Source: Pirellulaceae bacterium (lineage in GTDB: Bacteria > Planctomycetota > Planctomycetia > Pirellulales > Pirellulaceae). From it: 64,000 nucleotides of DNA. Of the stretch, positions 9,824-18,849 are shown piece by piece. The notes under the pieces are model-generated. The model searched no databases, was not told the origin of the DNA, and saw nothing but the letters and a program-made list of their open reading frames with translations. The position numbers and the translations under genes were made by a program. The first letter of the stretch is position 1, and every line of letters starts with the position of its first letter. The stretch is from contig JBGSNA010000157.1 in assembly GCA_041739875.1 (NCBI GenBank), forward strand, positions 24,859 through 88,858, given 5' to 3'.

Positions 9824-12800
9824 GTGAGTAACCGAGACACGGACGAGCAACTGAGCTTGAATTCGTCGCCATCGCTATTCCCACCGAAACATAGTTTCGC
9901 CGCGACCTCAGGTTTTTCGCTCGCGGGCATGCTGGGGGGCCGTTTGACTCAATTGCAGACCGAGACTGGACAAACGTTCGGTTCTTCGCCTGGATTTGCT
10001 GGCGGCGATGCAGCTGTAAGCACGGTTCTGGATGCAATCGAGTTTCGCGTGACCCGTGACGGTTCGCCATCGCGGCGTCTTCGTTTGAGTGGTCGCCGCT
10101 ACACGTTTGGAAGCGGTGACGGCTGTTCCATCCGTTTAACGGATGTTTTGCTCCGACCAATGCACGCCGTGCTGATCCGCGATGCTCATCGAGTACTTGT
10201 ACGCGCTTACAGTGTCCCGATACTGGTCAACGGCAACCGCACGACAGAAGCGGCGCTCTCGGTGGGGGATCTATTGCAGTTGGGCAGTTACCGCTTGGAA
10301 CTGCTTGGCCCAGAGTCTGATTCTCGCCCCCGACAAACTGCCACGACTGATGATCACGAGCGAGACTGGGACGAACACGCGTTCAAACTCCGTTTCGCAG
10401 ATGGGCCGAAAATATCGAGTTCGCGTAGTGGGCTTTCGAAGTTAAGTCGCGAGTCGGGTGACCGTGCAACGTCGCTTGCCGCCGAGGAGTCGGTCTGGCG
10501 GGAGCAACTACGTCGCGAGGTCGAGCAATGGCGGATGGCAAAAGCCGAGTGTGAGCGCCGTGAATCTCGTTGCGATGATCGCGAGACGAACATGCGGGAA
10601 CGCGAGTCCGAGCTTTGGAATCGTTCCGAGCATCTACGTCGTCGCGAGTCAGAACTCAAAGCACAGGAGTCTGCGGTTCTCGAGATTCAACAAGAGTACG
10701 AGGCAAAGAAACAGTCACTCGCGAGGCTTCAAGCCGAAGATCGCAATCGTCGTGACGAGTTTCAACGTCGTGAAGCTGAGTTTTTAAAGCTCGAGCAAGA
10801 GTATTGTGACCAGATTGAGGAAGTCACGCGTCAATTGCAACGCTCGCAAGACCAAGCGACGGTTGCGAATGAAACGGTACATCGGATGCGAGATCAGTTC
10901 GCCTCGCTCAACGAACAACTTGCTGAGCTTACGGCAAAGCAATCCGCGTTGCGCGAGAAAGATGAAAAGAAATCAGCAGAACTTCGTCGTACGCGACAAG
11001 AACTCGAGCACGCTCGAGATGTCGCGGTTGCCGAACGTGATTTGGCGATCGCCGAACGTGACGCGACGGTAAAACAACATGAAGCCGCGGTACATGCGCT
11101 CGAGCGTGCACGAATCGCAGCGATGTCGGAGCGAGATAAGGCCCTCGCCGATCGCGATACATTCGTTTCTCAAAGTAGCGAGCTTGTTGCAAATCGCGCA
11201 GTGCTTGTTGGAAAACTGGAGGCCCGCGTTGCGGAAGTCGAACAGGCTCGCGATGCAGCCATTGCCGAGTGCAATCAGGCGATTGCTGAGCGAGATCAGC
11301 TCGTGTCTCAAAGCGGCGAGCTGGTTGCACAACGTGACCGAGCGGTTGCGGAACGAGAGACCTCCTTTGCCGCTCGTGAGCAAGCGATAAGTGATCGGGA
11401 TGAGGCTGAGACCCAGTGCGTCCAAGCTATTCGAAACCGAGATGAGTCTCTTTCTCAGCGGAATGTTGCGCTGCGAGAACGCGACGCGGTAATTGATGCT
11501 CGAGCCCAGAGTGATGCGCTTCGGATTCAGTTGACAAAAGACCTTGAACAAGCGGCAGGGCGGCTAGTCGAAGTTGAGACGGAGTTGGCAGAAAGCCGTC
11601 GTCTCATCGATCAAAGTGGACCGTCCTCAGCCACTTGGAAACAGCAAATCCTGCAGCTCCAGGAGAGTGTCGCTTCCGCAAAGAATGAAACAAGATTGCT
11701 TCGAAGCGAGTATGAAGCGGCTTGTGATTCAATTGTGCGATTACAAGCTTTGGTGAGTGAGCAAACCCAGCATGCGAATGAATCGAAAGATAGTTGGATG
11801 CTCGAGGCCGAGCATCTCCGGCAATCATTCGAGGGCGTGAGTCGGGATCTTGCAGTTGCTTTGGGTGAATTGAGCTGTCTTCGGGACGCCAACACAGAAT
11901 TTGCGAGTCAACTTGAGTCCGTGCGCGTCGAAAAAGATCGCATCGAATTGGAACTGGAGTCTCGGCCGACTCAAGATTCTTGGGACGTGATGGAAGGGGA
12001 ATTGGAACGCGCGTCGGAGTCTTTGCAAATCATTCAACGCGATTATGACGCGACGTTGACGGAGTTGAATCAGCTTCGTTTTGAGTTGCAAGATGAACGA
12101 CAGTGGGCTGCCCAAAGGACGGAGAACCCGATCGTTGAGAACCAAACTTCGGATTTAAGCGAGCCCATTGCCGATTCAGAGTCTCCATCGGTTATAGATC
12201 CGCAGTGGAGTGACGACGAAAAAGATGCGTGGCCCAGGTACTCTGCAACCTCCGTGTCGCCGCGTGCGTCAGTTGACCGCGTCCATAAACTCGGCGCGAC
12301 AACCGATGACAATGCCGTCGACGAACCAGAGACTCAAGGGTCTCAATCGATGATCAGTGAGGATTCCGCTTCTCTTGGCTGGTCAACGCCTTTGTATCCG
12401 ATGGATTCGCCGGAGTCGGAAGTGCAGGACGCGATCAAGGACCAACCGGAAACGCCGGCCGTCGACTTCGAGTCTGGGTCTGAATCTTGGCATTGGTCCG
12501 TGGCCGATGTTGATGACGAGCCGATCGGTGCCGTGGTTCAGAACGCAACAGCAAACGATCCCTATTCAACAGGCTCGTCTGTGGGCGAGGTCATGGAGTT
12601 GGGGGATTCGGATTTCGTTCGCTATCAGGATTCGGATACGGATGGAGAGCCTTTCAGTAGTCGCGAAGTGGAAGTCGAAAACAACGTCGACGATGTCAGT
12701 TACGGATCGCTTGCACAACGCTTAATTGCCGACCTGCATCGTGATGATGCGGTCCAAGCAAAGGGCAAATTGGCTAGCGATGCTCACGGAAATGCTCACG

Positions 12801-13942
12801 ACGAGGATTTAGAGAACGAGGCGTTTTTTGAAGCGACTGCGATTCATGCTGGCGTGACGAGACCGGAGAGTGTCGATGACAAAGTCGGCCAAGAGGAATT
12901 TCCGGTGTCGAGTCTTTTCAGCAGCACGGGGAGTGCGGACGACGATGACTACGAGCATACCGTGGTTCGCAATGATTTTAATCTGTCCGATCAATCGCCC
13001 ATTGTTCGTGACGACGAGGACATCGAAGCGGACTATACGTCAGCCTGGTCTCGTTCTTATAACGACAAGGAGTCTTACGATGAGACGTCGTCCGGTGAAC
13101 GATACAACGACGAGTCAACATTCGAACAAGGCTCATCAGGCGGTTCGAGCAGCTATAGTGATGACGACAATGTCGCGACAGGGAGTGAAGATACTCGATC
13201 AGACTCTCGTGTTTGGAAAAACGCTACTGATTCGGATGTCATGGATTCGGAACTTGTTGCGAGCGACGAGGAAGTTTCGAAGCTCGCCCGCGAGACACGC
13301 GGAGTCGATGTTGTCGTTGCGCCAACTCCAGAGCCGGTTTCGCAAGAGTTCGAAGACGACTCGATCGAAGCCTACATGAATCGACTGTTGCAACGTGCTC
13401 AGGGTGGTTCATCCGCAGGCAGCGAATCTTCCCTGTCCAAAACAGTTTCCACGACAGCGGCGACGGTGGTTGTTCAAGCGGAAACCTTAAGCTCAACTCG
13501 ACTTCCTACACGGAATGCTCCGGCGGACTATGATCCCGATGCACCAATGATGCCTCGGTCCCAGGCGCCTGAGAAACAAGGAAGCCTTAACGCAATGAGG
13601 CAGCTAGCGAATGAGTCAGCAAGAACGGCCATCAACCGCAGCGTTAAGATCCAATCGCGTGATACGCAGCTAAAGGCGTTTGCGAAGTTTGCGTCGGCGG
13701 TGGGTTTGGTTTTATGCGCATTGGCCGTATTCGTTTTCACGCATTTTCCTGGAACAGCGATCATTGCTTGCTGTATGTGCATCGTGGCGTTCGTTTGGGT
13801 GAATGAGGGGCTGAAGCTTCTTGGTGTTGCCCGCCGACGAATGGAGCTTGCCGCTGCTGGAAAGTTGGAACAGGACGAAGCGGATGATTTGCAGGAAGAT
13901 GCTAGAGCTAGAGCCCAAGCAGCGGAAGAAACGAAAACTTGA
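9824..13942 (+). CDS. giant FHA-domain protein with long coiled coil, acidic disordered region and C-terminal transmembrane hairpin
   Basis: FHA-like segment: RLSGRRYTFGSGDGCSIRL..HAVLIRD..ILVNGN..LSVGDLLQLGSYRL. It is followed by several hundred residues of E/R/A-rich heptads, then a D/E/S-rich tract. Two hydrophobic helices sit near the C-terminus (AVGLVLCALAVFVF, AIIACCMCIVAFVWV). Confidence 0.8.
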   Translation: MSNRDTDEQLSLNSSPSLFPPKHSFAATSGFSLAGMLGGRLTQLQTETGQTFGSSPGFAGGDAAVSTVLDAIEFRVTRDGSPSRRLRLSGRRYTFGSGDGCSIRLTDVLLRPMHAVLIRDAHRVLVRAYSVPILVNGNRTTEAALSVGDLLQLGSYRLELLGPESDSRPRQTATTDDHERDWDEHAFKLRFADGPKISSSRSGLSKLSRESGDRATSLAAEESVWREQLRREVEQWRMAKAECERRESRCDDRETNMRERESELWNRSEHLRRRESELKAQESAVLEIQQEYEAKKQSLARLQAEDRNRRDEFQRREAEFLKLEQEYCDQIEEVTRQLQRSQDQATVANETVHRMRDQFASLNEQLAELTAKQSALREKDEKKSAELRRTRQELEHARDVAVAERDLAIAERDATVKQHEAAVHALERARIAAMSERDKALADRDTFVSQSSELVANRAVLVGKLEARVAEVEQARDAAIAECNQAIAERDQLVSQSGELVAQRDRAVAERETSFAAREQAISDRDEAETQCVQAIRNRDESLSQRNVALRERDAVIDARAQSDALRIQLTKDLEQAAGRLVEVETELAESRRLIDQSGPSSATWKQQILQLQESVASAKNETRLLRSEYEAACDSIVRLQALVSEQTQHANESKDSWMLEAEHLRQSFEGVSRDLAVALGELSCLRDANTEFASQLESVRVEKDRIELELESRPTQDSWDVMEGELERASESLQIIQRDYDATLTELNQLRFELQDERQWAAQRTENPIVENQTSDLSEPIADSESPSVIDPQWSDDEKDAWPRYSATSVSPRASVDRVHKLGATTDDNAVDEPETQGSQSMISEDSASLGWSTPLYPMDSPESEVQDAIKDQPETPAVDFESGSESWHWSVADVDDEPIGAVVQNATANDPYSTGSSVGEVMELGDSDFVRYQDSDTDGEPFSSREVEVENNVDDVSYGSLAQRLIADLHRDDAVQAKGKLASDAHGNAHDEDLENEAFFEATAIHAGVTRPESVDDKVGQEEFPVSSLFSSTGSADDDDYEHTVVRNDFNLSDQSPIVRDDEDIEADYTSAWSRSYNDKESYDETSSGERYNDESTFEQGSSGGSSSYSDDDNVATGSEDTRSDSRVWKNATDSDVMDSELVASDEEVSKLARETRGVDVVVAPTPEPVSQEFEDDSIEAYMNRLLQRAQGGSSAGSESSLSKTVSTTAATVVVQAETLSSTRLPTRNAPADYDPDAPMMPRSQAPEKQGSLNAMRQLANESARTAINRSVKIQSRDTQLKAFAKFASAVGLVLCALAVFVFTHFPGTAIIACCMCIVAFVWVNEGLKLLGVARRRMELAAAGKLEQDEADDLQEDARARAQAAEETKT

Positions 13943-14043
13943 GCATAATGGATGTCGCTTAGCCGAACAGCTTCTCTTAAAATAGTTGTTCGCCCTCCTT
14001 ATGGCGTGTCGCCCATATTCTCGGAGACGGCTCGCCAGACTGA

Positions 14044-14733
14044 TTGAGCGATGTGTTTCGCTCATCCGGTGATCGCTCCATGACGTCCTTTTCAAGTAAC
14101 TTTTCGTCGCCCACGCCAGAAAGTTCTCGGGAATCCGAGAGCATTCGGGGACAAAATTGTCCCAAGCCGCCAGGTGGCTTGCCCCTCGACGATGGACCCG
14201 AAAGGAACACGATCGATGCTCTTTGGCGCGAGTTCGGAGAGCAACTTCGACGTCGCGCGAGGACTCGGTTGAGACAGTACGGCTTGAGCGGCCAGGCGGA
14301 ATCGATGGACATTTGCAATGACGTGATGGCTGAACTTGCTCAACGCGAATCGGCAAATCCGTTGCAGTGTGATGACGTGCTCGCATACGTCTTGAGAGCC
14401 ATCGACCACCAAGTCTTGGATACTTTTCGTACGCTCGCTCGCCAGTGTCGAGATTTTCGCCGAGTTGATTCGATGCCGATCGAAGATGCTCGGCCAGCGG
14501 ACCAGCATACGTCGCCGAGCCAAATGGCGCTTCGCCGCGAGTTGCTTGAAAAGGTTCGTGAGATGCTTAGCGTCGTGGACCGTCAAGCACTGGAAATGAT
14601 GCTCGAAAATCGAGACTGGAACGAAATCGGAATCGCGTTGGGTATGCGGCCGGATACGGCGAGGATGCGCGTGCGACGGGCCATCCAGCGGGTGCGAGAA
14701 GAGATGGGTGTACGAGACAGCGACGACGAGTGA
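14044..14733 (+). CDS. ECF-type RNA polymerase sigma factor
   Basis: Region-2-like segment: LWREFGEQLRRRARTRL..DICNDVM. Region-4 HTH: LSVVDRQALEMMLENRDWNEIGIALGMRPDTARMRVRRAIQRV. The start is uncertain (TTG 14044 or ATG 14080). Confidence 0.75.
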   Translation: MSDVFRSSGDRSMTSFSSNFSSPTPESSRESESIRGQNCPKPPGGLPLDDGPERNTIDALWREFGEQLRRRARTRLRQYGLSGQAESMDICNDVMAELAQRESANPLQCDDVLAYVLRAIDHQVLDTFRTLARQCRDFRRVDSMPIEDARPADQHTSPSQMALRRELLEKVREMLSVVDRQALEMMLENRDWNEIGIALGMRPDTARMRVRRAIQRVREEMGVRDSDDE

Positions 14734-14757
14734 CCCTGCCCGTGGGCGTGCCAAGCA

Positions 14758-16047
14758 ATGAATTTGCGTATTGAAACCCTCGATCGAGTTTTGGAACTCG
14801 CTTGCATTGAACTCATTCAACGCAATCGACGTGGCGATCTCGCTCGAGTTGAAGAGTATCTTCTGAAGCATCCAACGCTCCTGGATCCAGCGTACTTACT
14901 TGACCTAGTTGATGCTGAAATTTGTGTTCGCAGGGAACTTGGCGAGACAGTCAAGGTGGATGAGTGGAGCCAGAGATTCCCGCACCAGACGCGTGCAATT
15001 ATGCAACTCATCGCCTTGGTCGAGTCTGCCAAGGACGTTGGTGAACGGGTTGTCGCTGGGGCGTCGTTGCCACCGAAAATCACTGGCGCATCACTTGGGA
15101 ACTCGCAATTTAGCGACGGCTGTTCTTTTACCGCCGTCGAGTTTTCAAAGATCACTAACGATGCCTTGACTGTAGCCGGCGGTGACTCCCTATCCGACGG
15201 AATTATTGAAGGCTTGTGGTCGAAACCGACCTCGTTGTTTGCTTTGCCGCCGATCAACCCGCCTCATGGTTTCATCGTCGATTCTGGTGTATCAACGCGT
15301 CCGGGGGTATGGCTGTTGCGTTGTCATGAGGAGAATACCCAGCGGCCTTGCGGTTTCAAGATCATTGACGTCGCCCGTAAGGAATCATGCCAGTTGTCGT
15401 CGTTGAACGTCAAGTCAATACTTGACGCTTATGAACGTGCGGCCAAGATACGACACCCGGTTTGGGTGCCGCCATACGTCGCGAGTTGCGACGGACGGTT
15501 TCTCGGTGTCATCCGTCCTTGGATCTTTGGTGTGAATTGGCGTGACGGGATCGGCGGATTCGCAAGCGATGAAGCACTGCGGCTTTTGTCAGAACTCGCT
15601 TTTGGTCTGCACGCAGCTCATCAATCCGGATGCCATCACGGCAACGTGTGCGAGAACAATCTGTTCTTTTCACACGAAGGTAAATTGCGTCTTACGGATC
15701 CGGTCAATTCGTTGTCACGCTTTATGACGAAAGCCAAATTATCACAGCAAGACTTGGTTCGCGACGACGCAATGACGTTTTGCAGACTGATTGCGTCGCT
15801 TCAACTGGACACAAGCCGTGGCCTCTCGAACCAACTCGTGGCTCAGTGTCACTCATTGGTGCTCAGTGCGCCAACCGACCCAATGGCGATTGTGGGTGAG
15901 TGGTTAATGAGGACCGCAGACAATATGTCTCAGAAATCGCCACTATCGACACGACGTGAACGTCAATCCGTCATGAGCTGGTGGAAGTCGATTTTGTTTC
16001 GTCGAAATCGTCGCGATCTTGCACCCGTAGAACCACCTTCTTTTTGA
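14758..16047 (+). CDS. protein-kinase-like protein with degenerate catalytic motifs (predicted pseudokinase)
   Basis: The N-terminal helical motif (EEYLLKHPTLLDPAYLLDLVDAEICVRRELGE..WSQRFP) is one I associate with planctomycete kinases. The kinase-like region reads HHGNVCENNLF where HRDxKxxN is expected and LTDP where DFG is expected. I see no glycine-rich loop. Confidence 0.65.
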   Translation: MNLRIETLDRVLELACIELIQRNRRGDLARVEEYLLKHPTLLDPAYLLDLVDAEICVRRELGETVKVDEWSQRFPHQTRAIMQLIALVESAKDVGERVVAGASLPPKITGASLGNSQFSDGCSFTAVEFSKITNDALTVAGGDSLSDGIIEGLWSKPTSLFALPPINPPHGFIVDSGVSTRPGVWLLRCHEENTQRPCGFKIIDVARKESCQLSSLNVKSILDAYERAAKIRHPVWVPPYVASCDGRFLGVIRPWIFGVNWRDGIGGFASDEALRLLSELAFGLHAAHQSGCHHGNVCENNLFFSHEGKLRLTDPVNSLSRFMTKAKLSQQDLVRDDAMTFCRLIASLQLDTSRGLSNQLVAQCHSLVLSAPTDPMAIVGEWLMRTADNMSQKSPLSTRRERQSVMSWWKSILFRRNRRDLAPVEPPSF

Positions 16048-16056
16048 GTCATTATC

Positions 16057-18849
16057 ATGCGGATTAAGTGTCCAGAATGTCAAACGGTGCTCGATCTTGG
16101 AGCGCCAAAGCCAGGGAAGTACCGGCCACGATGTAAGCATTGTGGTCATTCGTTTTTTCTCAAGGTCAGCGAAGACACGCCACCGAAAGTGGGTATTGCT
16201 CGCGATCCCAAGTCGGTATCGACGATCACGTCCCTTTCGGCTGTGGCGACGGACGCCACAATGGCTTCGGTTCCTGGTGCCGCCGCCGCTGTCGCTGCTG
16301 GTGCCGGTGCCGGTGCGATGGATGCGACGATGGATTCGGTCGCACCGTCTGGGTCGGCTGTTTCTGTGGCGTCAAAATCACAGTTATCTGTTTCGTCACA
16401 GCAACCTGGGAATGATAAAACTCGGGATCGTGTCATGGATGAGACGGTGGAGCCATCATCGTCTCCTCAAGCGACGATGGACACCGCGATCTCTGTTGGC
16501 AGCAAACCGATGATCAAGTCTGGTGCCAAAGAATCGGGTGCGGGGGCTGACGAGTCAGCCATGCCAGCTCGCTTAGGTGGGTACAAGTTACTGCGTCTGT
16601 TGGGGCGTGGTGCGATGGGGGCGGTTTACGAGGCAAAGCAGCTTTCTTTGGATCGCACAGTGGCACTCAAGACCATTCGCGATCGCTTGACGGGAAGTCC
16701 TTCTGCGCTGGCACGATTTACACGCGAAGCGTACGCCGCAGCGCAACTCAACCACCACAATGTCGTTCAGATTTACGATTTTGGCGAGGAGGCTGGACAG
16801 CACTATTTCAGCATGGAACGTGTCGTGGGTTCGGCGCTCGATGAGGTGGTGAGAAGTAAGGGGCCTGTCGAAGCTCGCGTAGCAGCAACGTACGTATTGC
16901 AGGCGGCCCGTGGGCTGCAGTGCGCTCACCAAAGCGGGATGGTGCATCGCGATGTCAAACCAGCCAACTTGTTGTTGAGCGACGAAGGCGTCGTCAAGGT
17001 AGCCGATTTGGGTCTCGTCAAAGTGCCGGATCAACATGACGAAGCGTTTGCTGGATCGAGAACCGAAAATGAAATGGCGGATCGTCGGGCACGGTCGAGC
17101 GGCACCTCGGTCACGATGATGGGGACTGCAATCGGAACACCTGCTTACATGGCGCCTGAACAATTCAACGATGCGACAACCGTCGATCACCGCGCTGACA
17201 TCTATTCACTTGGTTGCACGCTGTACTACCTGATCGTAGGCAAGCCGCCTTACGGAGCTTCCGAGATCTCTGCGTTATTGAAACAGCATTTGAGTGAACC
17301 GATTCCGCAAGTCAATGTTGCTCATCCGCACGTGCCGGGCGAGATCGACAAAATCATCGAACGAGCGATGGCCAAGCAAGCCAGTCATCGGTACCCGACT
17401 TTGGCTGGAATGATTGCGGATCTCGAATCTTTTCTGGGGCTCACTTCTGGCAAAGCGTTTGCGCCCAGCGCAGTTCAGGCCGATGCCTGGGCGGCCAATG
17501 CGGAAGCGTTTCTCAAAGCCTCTCCGTTGGCAAAGTTGCGTTCACTCGCGATCATTGGGCTCACCGGAACAAGTGTGCTCTTGCTCGTTGCAACGTTTTG
17601 GCTTGGTTTCGGTTGGATCTTGTTGGGACCGTCGTGCTTTATTGTTGCTTTGGTCGTGTCGAATTGGTTGGAATCTTTACATGGCGAGAGTCCTGTTGTG
17701 GATGCGGTTCGGCAGTGGATGGGATCGCTTCGGTTGTTTGATTGGCTTTACGGTGTCGGTTTAGCCGCGATCATGACGTCGGTGTGTGTGTTCGCTGGGC
17801 CTTGGCTTGGCGTGTTCGTCGGAGCGGTGCTTGGTTCGCTATTGGGTGCGGCGTATCACTACGGTTTGAGAGTGCCACTCAACGCAAGCCGTAAAGAGTC
17901 GCTTACTTCGGCCGAGCAGATGGTTCGCCAGTTGCGAGTCAGTGGTGCCGACGAAGATGGCTTACGAGAGTTTGTGGCTCGCTATTCAAACCGGGTTTGG
18001 GGCGAATTGTTTGACGTCCTGTTTGGCGTCGAATCACGAATGAAGATGCAAGCAACGAGTGCTGGTGACCCATCGATCGCCAAGCTGTCATCGTCGATGC
18101 GAGATCAACTGATTGCGAGCTTGCATGAGCGTGCTCGAAAGAATGGCGAATCGCGAGATCAAGAGAAGCTGTCTCTGCTCGAACAGCGAGCGCTAGTCAG
18201 CGAAGGCGTGAGTGCTTCGGAAGCTCACGATCGAGCCTGGCAAATGGCTGCTGCGATTATCGATTCAGCAAAGCTCAACAATGAAGTCTCGGCGATTGTT
18301 GGAGGTCAAGCCGCCGGGGAGCAAGCTGCTTTAGCGGCCGAGGCGAAACGACGTCGTATGAAGGCCATGATGGCTGAGGCACGCAGCGGAAAATATGCAA
18401 AGAAACGTGATCCGTTTGCTGTTTTCAAGCTTTTGTTGGGAGCACAGTTGCGATTGGCAGTCGGTGTCGGCTTGTTGGCGTTACTTGCCGTATGGGCGCA
18501 TCGCACTGGCGTGATTTCAAGCGATACGCTTCAAGGCCTCAGTACTTCGGTTCGCCAGGGTGATGTAAATTTTGCAGACGTCGGCGACACGCTGAGAGTA
18601 AACGCTGGAGCGACAACTCTCTTCGGCGCGACACTGCCGTCAGTCGCACTCGCGAGCCTTCTGTTTATTGGCTCGGCATTTGTGAGCGGTTGGCGGATGA
18701 CGCCATTCACACTAGTTGCTGGTGGAATCGCACTTTGGGGTAGCCACTTTGGAATTCCAGCGATCGGTTCGATACCGGCCGAAGCGCTTTCGGCGGCTAC
18801 CGCCATCGTGCTCATGTTGCCCGGCGCAATGATCAGCGAACGCGGCTAA
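16057..18849 (+). CDS. Ser/Thr protein kinase with N-terminal zinc ribbon and polytopic C-terminal membrane region
   Basis: N-terminal zinc ribbon CPECQ..CKHCGH. Kinase motifs GRGAMGAVYEA, VALK, HRDVKPANLLL, DLGLVK and GTPAYMAPE. After the kinase domain there are about 8 hydrophobic helices around a roughly 250-aa helical insert. Confidence 0.9.
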   Translation: MRIKCPECQTVLDLGAPKPGKYRPRCKHCGHSFFLKVSEDTPPKVGIARDPKSVSTITSLSAVATDATMASVPGAAAAVAAGAGAGAMDATMDSVAPSGSAVSVASKSQLSVSSQQPGNDKTRDRVMDETVEPSSSPQATMDTAISVGSKPMIKSGAKESGAGADESAMPARLGGYKLLRLLGRGAMGAVYEAKQLSLDRTVALKTIRDRLTGSPSALARFTREAYAAAQLNHHNVVQIYDFGEEAGQHYFSMERVVGSALDEVVRSKGPVEARVAATYVLQAARGLQCAHQSGMVHRDVKPANLLLSDEGVVKVADLGLVKVPDQHDEAFAGSRTENEMADRRARSSGTSVTMMGTAIGTPAYMAPEQFNDATTVDHRADIYSLGCTLYYLIVGKPPYGASEISALLKQHLSEPIPQVNVAHPHVPGEIDKIIERAMAKQASHRYPTLAGMIADLESFLGLTSGKAFAPSAVQADAWAANAEAFLKASPLAKLRSLAIIGLTGTSVLLLVATFWLGFGWILLGPSCFIVALVVSNWLESLHGESPVVDAVRQWMGSLRLFDWLYGVGLAAIMTSVCVFAGPWLGVFVGAVLGSLLGAAYHYGLRVPLNASRKESLTSAEQMVRQLRVSGADEDGLREFVARYSNRVWGELFDVLFGVESRMKMQATSAGDPSIAKLSSSMRDQLIASLHERARKNGESRDQEKLSLLEQRALVSEGVSASEAHDRAWQMAAAIIDSAKLNNEVSAIVGGQAAGEQAALAAEAKRRRMKAMMAEARSGKYAKKRDPFAVFKLLLGAQLRLAVGVGLLALLAVWAHRTGVISSDTLQGLSTSVRQGDVNFADVGDTLRVNAGATTLFGATLPSVALASLLFIGSAFVSGWRMTPFTLVAGGIALWGSHFGIPAIGSIPAEALSAATAIVLMLPGAMISERG

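Noticed and set aside
14092-14871. A 259-aa minus-strand ORF.
   Set aside because: It is antisense to the ECF sigma gene, which shows regions 2 and 4. No motif is recognisable in the antisense product.
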